64,000 nt of DNA. Source: Myxococcota bacterium (GTDB taxonomy: Bacteria > Myxococcota_A > UBA9160 > UBA4427). Below the pieces are notes generated by a model. It worked only from the letters and a program-made list of their open reading frames with translations. It was not told the origin of the DNA and made no database searches. Shown one piece after another: positions 1 through 7,788 of this stretch (positions within the stretch are counted from its first letter, which is position 1; every line of letters begins with the position of its first letter). The position numbers and the translations under genes were made by a program. The stretch lies in contig JANQEL010000277.1 in assembly GCA_028278345.1 (NCBI GenBank), positions 11,889 through 75,888 on the forward strand, written 5' to 3'.

Positions 1-49
1 CCTGAAGTCGGACGCCACCCCCGATGAGCTCCGTCAGATCGCCGACTGG

Positions 50-241
50 ATGCGATCGCAGGGCGTGCCCACCGACGGCACCGAACGCGAGTGCGCGTGG
101 TGCAATAGCAGCCGCCCCGATCGACGCCTCGAAGCTCCCAGGTGGTTCCAGAACACAAGGGGCGAGTGGTTCTGCCACCCCTACCACCGCAGGGCTCGCA
201 ACCAGCAGTTGCGGCGGGCTCGCGTGAGAGGTGCCACATGA
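50..241 (+). CDS. small zinc-finger-like protein (C-x2-C ... C-x3-H); the frame is open back to base 2, so it may be 5-prime truncated by the window edge
   Basis: ORF track 50..241. Motif CAWC...WFCHPYH. Its stop TGA (239-241) overlaps the ATG (238-240) of the next ORF. Confidence 0.35.
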   Translation: MRSQGVPTDGTERECAWCNSSRPDRRLEAPRWFQNTRGEWFCHPYHRRARNQQLRRARVRGAT

Positions 242-537
242 CTTCGATGTTCAAGTGCTGGTGCGGAGCCGAGGGCGCTTTCGATGAGATGTTCGCCGAC
301 GGACCAAGCTCGTGTGGCGGGCTCGGTTACAACGCCTGCATGTGTGGTGGCGACTTCTGCGTCTGCCACAACCACGGCACGATCGAGTGTTTCGGGTGTT
401 GGGATTGCGAGCCGCCGGACATCGAGTGGGACGATGAGGACGACTACGAATCGGAGGACCCGAACGCGGAGTATCCCCCACCACCGAAGCCCGTGTACGA
501 GGACTGCGCCCCCACCCCATCATCGGAGAGCGGCTGA
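238..537 (+). CDS. Cys-rich small acidic protein, function unknown
   Basis: Internal ATG of ORF 142..537 (MTSMFKCWCG...). About 14 Cys in the first 60 aa, then an acidic/Pro-rich tail. ATGA overlaps at both ends (238-241, 535-539). Confidence 0.45.
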   Translation: MTSMFKCWCGAEGAFDEMFADGPSSCGGLGYNACMCGGDFCVCHNHGTIECFGCWDCEPPDIEWDDEDDYESEDPNAEYPPPPKPVYEDCAPTPSSESG

Positions 538-887
538 TGGGCATGGTGGACGCCGCACTGCGCATTCGTCGTCAGGTTGCCAGGAAGAAAGCCGCATCAC
601 GCGTATCTCGGCCAGTCGAATACATGCGAATCCAGTCGAGCTTTGGCGATCGAGAAACGCTCGGGTGGATCCCGAGAGAGTCGGCGATTGAATGCGGAGT
701 CAAGTTGCTCCCAGGAAAGCAGGCTTGGCGACTATCGAGCGACTCACCGCCGGAAAGATTGCCCGTCTGGATCGACAGCGAAACGAGCCACAGGCTTCGC
801 CGACATCCGCTGTGGATTGAGGGTGCTGAGTTGCCAACAGGAACCCCCACCCCGCCCGAGCCTTCCGAGGAGGACAGCACATGCTGA
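537..887 (+). CDS. hypothetical protein
   Basis: ORF track 537..887. Start overlaps the upstream stop. Its stop (885-887) overlaps the ATG (881) of the ATPase gene. Confidence 0.45.
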   Translation: MGMVDAALRIRRQVARKKAASRVSRPVEYMRIQSSFGDRETLGWIPRESAIECGVKLLPGKQAWRLSSDSPPERLPVWIDSETSHRLRRHPLWIEGAELPTGTPTPPEPSEEDSTC

Positions 888-2617
888 AGATCGCCCGCAA
901 CTTCGAGCTGCCCGACGACTCCGCAACCGAGACGTTCGCCATCCTCGGCCGACGTGGATCGGGAAAGACGAACACCGCGAAGGTCATTATCGAGCGCATG
1001 CTCGACGCCGGCGACCAGGTGATCATCCTGGATCCGAAAGGCGAGCATTGGGGCCTGCGTCTCAAGCCCGACGGGAAGTCTCGCGCCTACGACCTTCCCG
1101 TGTTCGGAGGCCTGCGCGGCGACGTCCCGCTCGAGCACACGGCCGGGAACCTGATCGCGGACACGCTGATCGATCGCAACCTCTCGGGCGTCGTCGACGT
1201 CTCGCTGCTCCCGCACGGGAAGCGCCAGCACTTCGCGGCCGAGTTCGCGCGCCGTCTCATGGATCGGCGGCGCCGCAATCCGTCGCCCACCTGTCTCGTC
1301 CTCGAGGAAGCGAAGTTCTTCGCCCCTCAGACGAAGACCGGGAACGACGCCGTCATGGCGGCCGCGTACCAGGACTTCCCCCTTGTCGGCCGGAGCTTCG
1401 GCTTCGGGCTGCTGATCATCACGCAGCGGCCGGCCCTCGTGGACAAGAGCCTGCTCTCGCAGGCCGAATGCATGATTGCGATGCAGGTGGTGGGGCCCCA
1501 CGATCGCAAGGCGATCCGTGAGTGGGTGAAGGAACAGGGCGACGAGACGGCGATGGACGTCGGCGAGCTCCCCGGCCTCGAGGTCGGGGAGGGCTTCATC
1601 TGGTCACCTGGGTGGCTGCGCACCTGCAAACGTCTGCACTTCCTCAAGCAGCGGACGTTCGACGCCGGAGCCACGCCCAAGCGCGGCGAGAAGCGCGTCG
1701 ACCCGCGTCCGCTCGACGAAGCGGCACTCGAAGGCCTGCGTGGCGCGATGGCTGAGAGTGTCGAGCGCGTGGAGGCGAACGACCCGAAGAAGCTGCGGGC
1801 GGAGCTCTCGAAGGCTCGTGAGCAGATTCGGAGGCTCGAAGCAGAGGGAGCGAAGGCCGACCCCGAGGCCCTGGAACGGGCGCGGCAGGAAGGGGTGGCG
1901 GAAGAGCGGGCGCGGTTCGCCCAGGTGGTGAAGAAGCTCGAAAACGCACGGAAGACGCAAGCGGAGGCCCTGCAGATGTCGGTCGACGGGATCGGCCTGG
2001 TCGTGAGCGAGCTCGCGGAACCGCTCGGGATCGACGTCCCGGCGCCGGCGGCGCCCGCGCCCAGGGCGGTGCGCACGGTTTCGGAGCCGCGGCCCTCACG
2101 ACCCGCGCGCCCGAACGAGGTGACGGGAGACAGCGCGGTCAGCGAACCGATGCAGCGCGTTCTCAACGCGATGGCCTGGCTCGATTCGATCGGGATGGCG
2201 GCGCCCTACTCGCGAGTTCAGGTGGCGTTCGTCGCCGGGTATCGACCGACAAGTGGGGGCCTCCAGAACCTCCTCGGGAAGTTGCGATCTGCAGGCCTCG
2301 TCGTATATCCGGCGAGCGGCGAAGTCGAACTCACCGAAGCGGGGGCGGCGGTTGCTGTCGCCCCAAGCACTCTGCCGTCGCGAGAAGAACTACATCGCCG
2401 GGTCCGCGACCGGATCTCGGCGCCGATGTGGAACTGCCTCGAGCCGCTGATCGGTGCCTATCCGAACGCGATGTCGAGGACCGAGATCGCCGAGATCGCG
2501 GGGTACTCGCCGACGTCCGGCGGCCTCCAGAATCTGCTCGGAAAGCTCCGGACACTCAAGCTCGTCGACTACCCATCGCCGGGCGAGGTGGTGGCTCGGG
2601 AAGTGCTGTTTCCGTAG
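881..2617 (+). CDS. HerA/FtsK-superfamily P-loop ATPase (DUF87-like) with a coiled-coil linker and two tandem C-terminal winged-helix repeats
   Basis: Walker A GRRGSGKT, then ILDPKGEH. Walker B-like CLVLEEAKFF. LLIITQRPALVDKSLLSQAECMIAMQV matches the HerA/FtsK signature. The C-terminus holds two about 60-aa repeats sharing GY.PTSGGLQNLLGKLR..LV.YP..GEV. Confidence 0.8.
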   Translation: MLKIARNFELPDDSATETFAILGRRGSGKTNTAKVIIERMLDAGDQVIILDPKGEHWGLRLKPDGKSRAYDLPVFGGLRGDVPLEHTAGNLIADTLIDRNLSGVVDVSLLPHGKRQHFAAEFARRLMDRRRRNPSPTCLVLEEAKFFAPQTKTGNDAVMAAAYQDFPLVGRSFGFGLLIITQRPALVDKSLLSQAECMIAMQVVGPHDRKAIREWVKEQGDETAMDVGELPGLEVGEGFIWSPGWLRTCKRLHFLKQRTFDAGATPKRGEKRVDPRPLDEAALEGLRGAMAESVERVEANDPKKLRAELSKAREQIRRLEAEGAKADPEALERARQEGVAEERARFAQVVKKLENARKTQAEALQMSVDGIGLVVSELAEPLGIDVPAPAAPAPRAVRTVSEPRPSRPARPNEVTGDSAVSEPMQRVLNAMAWLDSIGMAAPYSRVQVAFVAGYRPTSGGLQNLLGKLRSAGLVVYPASGEVELTEAGAAVAVAPSTLPSREELHRRVRDRISAPMWNCLEPLIGAYPNAMSRTEIAEIAGYSPTSGGLQNLLGKLRTLKLVDYPSPGEVVAREVLFP

Positions 2618-2687
2618 GCAACTCGATTCCTGCACGCTCAACACTACAATGAGCACGCAATTCAATCCACAACCATAGGACAGACCA

Positions 2688-3416
2688 TTGGCGCAGTTCT
2701 TCGAGGACGAGAAGCGGTACGACGACAACAAGATCAGGAAGAATTTCGTGTTCCTTGGCTACCCATTCGCGCCCCCACTCGCCCAGGACGACTACCAATC
2801 AGTTACGTCGGAACTTCAGGAGGAGCTGTCGATTCGACTCTGGTATTTCCTGGATGAGGTCACCACGCAAGAGTTGATGCGGAAAATCTGGCGCGCGATT
2901 CTCCGGAGTGACCTTTGTGTCTTCGACATATCCGGCGGAAACGCGAATGTCGCGTTCGAGTTAGGGTTGGCAGCTGCAGTCGATCGCCCCTGCATCACTC
3001 TCCTCAAGTCGGGCGAACCCAACCCTCTGGGCGGCGCTGACCTTGGATATTCGGAACGGGCCGAATACCAGAGCCGCGAGTCACTCAAAGAAACGCTTCG
3101 CGCTGTACTGTCCGCAAAGTCATCAGCGCTTCGCGCGCTGAATCGTGTCTCTTACTCGATCCAGAGTGACGTTTTTCCGTACGACAGAGTGGAGATCGAA
3201 TACCGACTTGGGCAGTTGCTCAAGGAGGTGTTCCAAAGCAAGAGGGCCACCCGGGCGACCGCATCGAGTATATTCGGTGACAACGCAACTGCATCGCGAG
3301 CCCTTCAAGGCCTACGCGAAGAGGGCGTATTCAAGCTTGAGGGCCAGAGAAAGGCCGCGAAATGGTTGCTTGCGGATGATTGGGTCCACCACGACCACGA
3401 GGTCGCAGGCGCGTAG
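2688..3416 (+). CDS. Rossmann-like nucleoside 2-deoxyribosyltransferase/TIR-like domain protein with a C-terminal winged-helix-like domain
   Basis: TTG start preceded by AGGA. Motifs FLGYPF...DLCVFDISGGNANVAFELGLAAAVDRPCITL resemble the NDT-type D..G...E.G.A.A..KP core. Local GC is lower than in the flanks. Confidence 0.6.
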   Translation: MAQFFEDEKRYDDNKIRKNFVFLGYPFAPPLAQDDYQSVTSELQEELSIRLWYFLDEVTTQELMRKIWRAILRSDLCVFDISGGNANVAFELGLAAAVDRPCITLLKSGEPNPLGGADLGYSERAEYQSRESLKETLRAVLSAKSSALRALNRVSYSIQSDVFPYDRVEIEYRLGQLLKEVFQSKRATRATASSIFGDNATASRALQGLREEGVFKLEGQRKAAKWLLADDWVHHDHEVAGA

Positions 3417-3484
3417 CATGACGATCGTCGGACTCAGTGTTGAGTCGTCGTCGACCGGTCATCACCCCGGTCAACAAACCCGAA

Positions 3485-3577
3485 ATCCGTCTCCGGACGC
3501 ACCTCTCCCAAGGAAGCCCCCTGACGGGAGCGAGGATCACCGCGAGGTGGTGACGGCCGAGGCCGTGGGCGGGTGAT
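3485..3577 (+). repeat. Copy A of a roughly 92-nt conserved structured intergenic element
   Basis: Aligns with 6102-6193. The 41-nt core aggatcaccgcRaggtggtKacggccgWggccgtgggc is 38/41 identical. It contains hairpins cacc-GCGA-ggtg and acggc-CGAG-gccgt. Confidence 0.6.
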
Positions 3578-3632
3578 AGCAGGGCGGAGCGGCTACGCTC
3601 TACGCCCAACGGTGTAACTGGAGGCCAAGGCC

Positions 3633-4382
3633 ATGAAGCACCTCGCCCTCGTCTTTCTTGTGCTGGTCTGCGGCTCGGTAGCGGGCGCCCAGACCGTCGA
3701 CGTCCTGAAGAACGTCAATCTTCGCCACGACCCCTCAAGCAGCCAGGACGAGATTCGAAGGATCGACGCCGGCGAGCAGCTCGAACTCATCCGAGTGGTC
3801 GCACCTGGCGCCTACTGGGAGGTGAGAACCTCCGAAGGCGAGGTCGGATTCGCCTACGCGAAGAGCGGGCGGATGCGAATCCGCAGCGAATACCGCCGCA
3901 AGGACTGGGGAAGCTGGGCAGACGCCGATGGCGACTGCCAGAAGGCCCGCGACGAAGTGCTCATCGCTGAGTCCGAAATCGCGGTCACCTTCAAGCCCCG
4001 AAACGACGGTCGAGAGTGCAAGGTCACCGCGGGTCGATGGACGTGCCCGTTCACGGGTGAGGTCTTCACGGACCCGGGCGCCCTCGACATCGACCACATG
4101 GTGCCCCTTCGCAACGCCCACCTGTCGGGGGCGAGCGACTGGGACAGTGCCAAGAAGGCCCGGTACTACAGCAACCTCGACGACCCCGAGCACCTGATCG
4201 CGGTGAAAGCTGGAGCGAATCGGTCGAAGAGCGCGCGCGGCCCAGAGGCATGGAAGCCAAAGCTCGGGAGCTATCACTGCCAGTACGCGAACGACTGGGA
4301 GGCGATCAAGGGCCGGTGGGATCTCTCGATGACGCCGGCCGAGAGTGCGGCGGTGGGGGAGATGCAGGCGACCTGCCCCTAA
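3633..4382 (+). CDS. secreted SH3b-domain / HNH (DUF1524-type) endonuclease
   Basis: N-terminal signal peptide MKHLALVFLVLVCGSVAGAQT. SH3b-like segment (NLRHDPSSS...YWEVRT..GEVGFAY). HNH/DUF1524-like motifs DIDHMVPLRNAH and AVKAGANRSK. Confidence 0.7.
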   Translation: MKHLALVFLVLVCGSVAGAQTVDVLKNVNLRHDPSSSQDEIRRIDAGEQLELIRVVAPGAYWEVRTSEGEVGFAYAKSGRMRIRSEYRRKDWGSWADADGDCQKARDEVLIAESEIAVTFKPRNDGRECKVTAGRWTCPFTGEVFTDPGALDIDHMVPLRNAHLSGASDWDSAKKARYYSNLDDPEHLIAVKAGANRSKSARGPEAWKPKLGSYHCQYANDWEAIKGRWDLSMTPAESAAVGEMQATCP

Positions 4383-4594
4383 TTGAGCCACCGATGGCCG
4401 ATCCGGATTACCCACTCCAACGGCCAGACGAACGATTGTTTGCCGCCCACTAGACGATTCTACTTGACTTAGACCCCGCGAATCTGAGAAAAACCCGGGC
4501 CTCTATCCAAAGTTGCGTACGGACGGAGAAGCATCGAACAAAATGACAAGCGTCGAGGTTACAGTTGAATCTGTAAGCGACCGAGTCGAGGAGC

Positions 4595-5098
4595 GTGAAA
4601 GAACACATGAGATCCTTTCGACTATTTCGATCGCTGGCGTCGGAATCGAGCCCTCGCGCAACGTCGACACTTCTGCTTCGGGAATTCCCGATGTTGGTGG
4701 ACGCCAAGACGGTTCGTGTCGATGCGGTTCCCTACGTGATCACTCACGACCTTTTTGTACAACTAATACGCCACTTCGCTTCGGATACGACTCACAACGT
4801 CCACGTGACGGCGTGGGAATTGAGTTCGCCAGACCCTCCAAAGATCGAGCAGGTTTACATAGAGGGCGAAGAGGCACTGAGACAAATCAGAGATGCACGA
4901 GACGGCGATATCTCAGTTCGACAGATCCAAGTAGACACGCTCGGCCAACGGAAGCATCAGTTCCTGCTTTCGTCAGACGGCCTCATTCACAAGATAATGG
5001 GACCTCCGGATTTTTCACCGGACTTCCTTCGAGATTGCTTGCGCAAGTCAATGCGAAAGTGCGTCGTTACCGACGTATACGAAGATTCATCGACGTAG
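4595..5098 (+). CDS. hypothetical protein in low-GC cassette; start uncertain, alternative ATG at 4691
   Basis: ORF track 4595..5098 has globular-looking composition. The overlapping ORF 4513..5109 is Arg-rich and looks like the wrong frame. GC is clearly below the window average. Confidence 0.4.
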   Translation: MKEHMRSFRLFRSLASESSPRATSTLLLREFPMLVDAKTVRVDAVPYVITHDLFVQLIRHFASDTTHNVHVTAWELSSPDPPKIEQVYIEGEEALRQIRDARDGDISVRQIQVDTLGQRKHQFLLSSDGLIHKIMGPPDFSPDFLRDCLRKSMRKCVVTDVYEDSST

Positions 5099-5105
5099 TC
5101 AGCCG

Positions 5106-6008
5106 ATGAAGATGCGGAAGCCGTCGATCGGATGGCCTGATGCAGCCAATGCGGGGATAGTGCTGGTACTTGGGTCTCTGTCCTTCGCGACTGCACCCGA
5201 ATGGTGCAAAGCGCTAGACGCGTGCCTGCCCACTTCGGCGGCTGTCTATCACACCGGCCTACTCGTTACTGCATGCACTGCCGCCGTCCCAATTACGCTC
5301 AGGGCCCTGTGGTATTCCGCATGGTGGACTTGGTCCAGGTTCGCATCGACTGTGACGGTTCAGATATGGAATCCATCCCCGAAAGACGGCGAAGAGAAGA
5401 CCAGATTGGTTCTTTTTCCAGGCGACACGAGGGCAGTCGTGATCGAGGCAAGGTGGACATCGCCACCGCATCCCTGGCTCCTAAAGAGGCTCATGCGCAA
5501 CACATTGTTGTACCTAAAGGTGGGATCGTGGAACTCGCTTCACCTAGCGTCGGCGCGGGGACCAAGAAGGATTACCGCGGATCGTCGCACAATCGTATCT
5601 GGCGAGATTGCCACACTTCCGCACGTAGTCAGACTTCCCGGAGTTATGCGACTTGGATGGGAGATGGGCCACAGCGCATTCTCCGGCATCTTCAGAATCA
5701 TGCAGGGAGGCTCGCCGATACCGGGCAACCCGAAACAGCTTGAGGCAAAGGCTAGGTTTTGCCTCAAGCATATCTATCGGTTAAGTCGGCAAGATGATCG
5801 TGTATTTCATCGAATCCCGACGCCGAAACATCTCATTCTTCGATTCTTGACCGACGTCGAAATGGTCGACATCGATGGAAATGGTGACAAACTCACTGTT
5901 ATCACTCAGATCCAATCGAGATCCGATGATGCACCATCGCGACCCGCAGAGGTGGGTGCCGAGCAAGCTACTGGCACGCCCCAAGACATGCCTGAAGCGC
6001 CTCACTGA
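5106..6008 (+). CDS. hypothetical membrane protein (two N-terminal TM helices plus a roughly 200-aa soluble domain)
   Basis: ORF track 5106..6008. Hydrophobic segments GIVLVLGSLSFATA and TGLLVTACTAAVPITL. Starts 7 nt after the preceding ORF. Low GC. Confidence 0.5.
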   Translation: MKMRKPSIGWPDAANAGIVLVLGSLSFATAPEWCKALDACLPTSAAVYHTGLLVTACTAAVPITLRALWYSAWWTWSRFASTVTVQIWNPSPKDGEEKTRLVLFPGDTRAVVIEARWTSPPHPWLLKRLMRNTLLYLKVGSWNSLHLASARGPRRITADRRTIVSGEIATLPHVVRLPGVMRLGWEMGHSAFSGIFRIMQGGSPIPGNPKQLEAKARFCLKHIYRLSRQDDRVFHRIPTPKHLILRFLTDVEMVDIDGNGDKLTVITQIQSRSDDAPSRPAEVGAEQATGTPQDMPEAPH

Positions 6009-6101
6009 TTGTCCTCAAGCTCTCTACGTACCGCGCCTGCAGCGTCGCGGTGGTGGTCGGGTAGATGCGGTCCAGACCTTTATCGCCCGGCCGCTCCGGA
6101 G

Positions 6102-6193
6102 ATCGATCTCCAGACGCCCCCCCCAACGCAACCCCCTGTCAATCGGGGGAGGATCACCGCAAGGTGGTTACGGCCGTGGCCGTGGGCAGCGAT
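6102..6193 (+). repeat. Copy B of the roughly 92-nt conserved structured intergenic element
   Basis: Direct repeat of 3485-3577. Hairpins cacc-GCAA-ggtg and acggc-CGTG-gccgt; differences from copy A fall in the loops. Confidence 0.6.
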
Positions 6194-6284
6194 TCTGGAC
6201 GCGCGCACTTGACGCCGTACGTGTGGTGAAAACGGTGCGCCGAACTCAACCGCGTCTGCTGCGCGGCAGTCAAGCGAGGCGCCT

Positions 6285-6776
6285 ATGCCCAGAAAGAAGA
6301 CAGCACCGCAACGATTCCCGTTCCAATACGAAAAGGACGGAAGAACGATCGACGCCGAGTTCGAACGCGACGGCCCCATGGTGCGAGCGCACTACCGCGG
6401 ACGCGCGTCGACTTGGACTCAGGTTGGCAACTCGGGCGCCCAGATCGTCGCTCGAATGCTGCTCCGCGAGATCCTCGACAGGATCACCATGGAAGAGATC
6501 GAAGAGGCGATCAGGGCAGAGCTACCCGACAGCGGCGTCGAGCATCGCGGCTACGGCCGGGCCCAAGGCGCCCGCTTCCGGATTTCCAACGGTGAACCCT
6601 GGGAGCTCCACTTCCCGATGGAAACCCTGATGGATTTCCCAATCGACGAGCTTCGAACCAAGGCGGCTGATGCGGTCCGATATCGTGAGCATCACCCCGG
6701 ATTCAATGTGAGTTTCGATGCCGAGGGCTTTCCGATCGCGACGTCGCCGTCGAACCCACAGCACCACTGGACGTAG
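6285..6776 (+). CDS. hypothetical protein
   Basis: ORF track 6285..6776. High-GC codon usage. Followed by a strong hairpin. Confidence 0.5.
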   Translation: MPRKKTAPQRFPFQYEKDGRTIDAEFERDGPMVRAHYRGRASTWTQVGNSGAQIVARMLLREILDRITMEEIEEAIRAELPDSGVEHRGYGRAQGARFRISNGEPWELHFPMETLMDFPIDELRTKAADAVRYREHHPGFNVSFDAEGFPIATSPSNPQHHWT

Positions 6777-6794
6777 AATCGGCGTCCCAAACGG

Positions 6795-6832
6795 AAAAAA
6801 GGGGGGAGAGGCCCGAAGGCCCTTCCCCCCTT
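6795..6832. terminator. GC-rich hairpin terminator; the A6 tract upstream gives the U-tract for minus-strand reading
   Basis: aaaaaa-GGGGGGAGAGGCC-cgaa-GGCCCTTCCCCCC-tt. 12 of 13 stem positions pair. Lies between the convergent-looking units 6285..6776 and the SRAP gene. Confidence 0.55.
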
Positions 6833-6945
6833 GATAGTTCGGTCCGTCGCGACGATCGGAGCGCCCCCTGCAGCGCGCCTTGCCTCAGCGCTCGCGTGGT
6901 AGGATGATCTATCTCACCTACCCGCTGTGCCCGAGGCCCCCCAAA

Positions 6946-7770
6946 ATGTGCGGCAGAGTCTATTTCATCCACCCCGCTCAGGCAGTTGCCGAGTTCTCTG
7001 ACGTCGCGCTGCCTCCGTGGTGGGAGTTTCGATACAACGTGCCGCCGGGCACGAAGATCCCCGCTGTTCGTCAGGCGCAGAGCGGCGAGCGCGAACTCGT
7101 CGAACTCATGTGGGGCTTCATCCCGTCCTGGCACAAGCGAGACGAGCCGGTCACGCGGAAGCCGATCAACGCGCGCAAGGAGAGCTTGAGGAGCGGGCTT
7201 TGGCGCGGCTCCTTCGCCCGCAAGCGCTGCCTGATCCCCGTCTCCGGGTTCTACGAAGGATGGAAGCCCGACAAGAAGAAGAAGTCGGAAAGATGGTTCC
7301 GGTTCAGCGATTACCGCGGCCGGCCGCTAGCCCTGGGTGGTCTGTGGGATCAATGGATCGACGCGAACGGAGAGCTCTTCGAGACCTGCGCGATCATCAC
7401 CACGGAGTCCATCGCGGAGGTGCGCGCGGTCCATGACCGAATGCCCGTCATCCTCGACCCCAAGCAGTTCGAGGACTGGCTTGCTCCCGCCCCGCTCGAA
7501 AACCCACACCTCTACGTGGACAGCCCCTCGCCAGCCCTGCATCTCGAGTGTGTCGAGGTCCACCCCACGGTGATGAACGCGAGGGCCATGCAGGGCTCGG
7601 ACTGCCTCGACGAGTATCCGCCGCTCTCTGAGAGGGAACTCAAGGCTCGCGCTGACGGATGGAAGTACACCTACTACCTGAAGCAGGGCATCGACGGTCC
7701 CGCGAAGATGTGGAAGAAACCCGGCGGGCAGCCGACGTCGATCGAGGAGTACGAGGAGAGCGGGGGGTGA
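6946..7770 (+). CDS. SOS-response-associated peptidase (SRAP/YedK family) abasic-site crosslinking protein
   Basis: Start chosen at MCGR (the family's catalytic Cys2). Also carries MWGFIPSW, CLIPVSGFYEW-like and MPVIL motifs. Confidence 0.85.
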   Translation: MCGRVYFIHPAQAVAEFSDVALPPWWEFRYNVPPGTKIPAVRQAQSGERELVELMWGFIPSWHKRDEPVTRKPINARKESLRSGLWRGSFARKRCLIPVSGFYEGWKPDKKKKSERWFRFSDYRGRPLALGGLWDQWIDANGELFETCAIITTESIAEVRAVHDRMPVILDPKQFEDWLAPAPLENPHLYVDSPSPALHLECVEVHPTVMNARAMQGSDCLDEYPPLSERELKARADGWKYTYYLKQGIDGPAKMWKKPGGQPTSIEEYEESGG

Positions 7771-7788
7771 GCTGGTCGCAAAGGCTGC

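Noticed and set aside
572-1521. Long ORFs 572..1501 (minus) and 577..1521 (plus) overlapping the HerA-like ATPase gene
   Set aside because: These are Arg/Pro/Gly-rich shadow frames typical of high-GC DNA. The 881..2617 frame carries clear P-loop ATPase motifs.
1-7788. attL (a duplicate of the tRNA-Cys 3-prime segment) within the window
   Set aside because: No match longer than about 8 nt was seen in the intergenic regions 2618-2687, 3417-3632, 4383-4594, 6009-6284, 6777-6945 or 7771-7788. A by-eye scan is not exhaustive.
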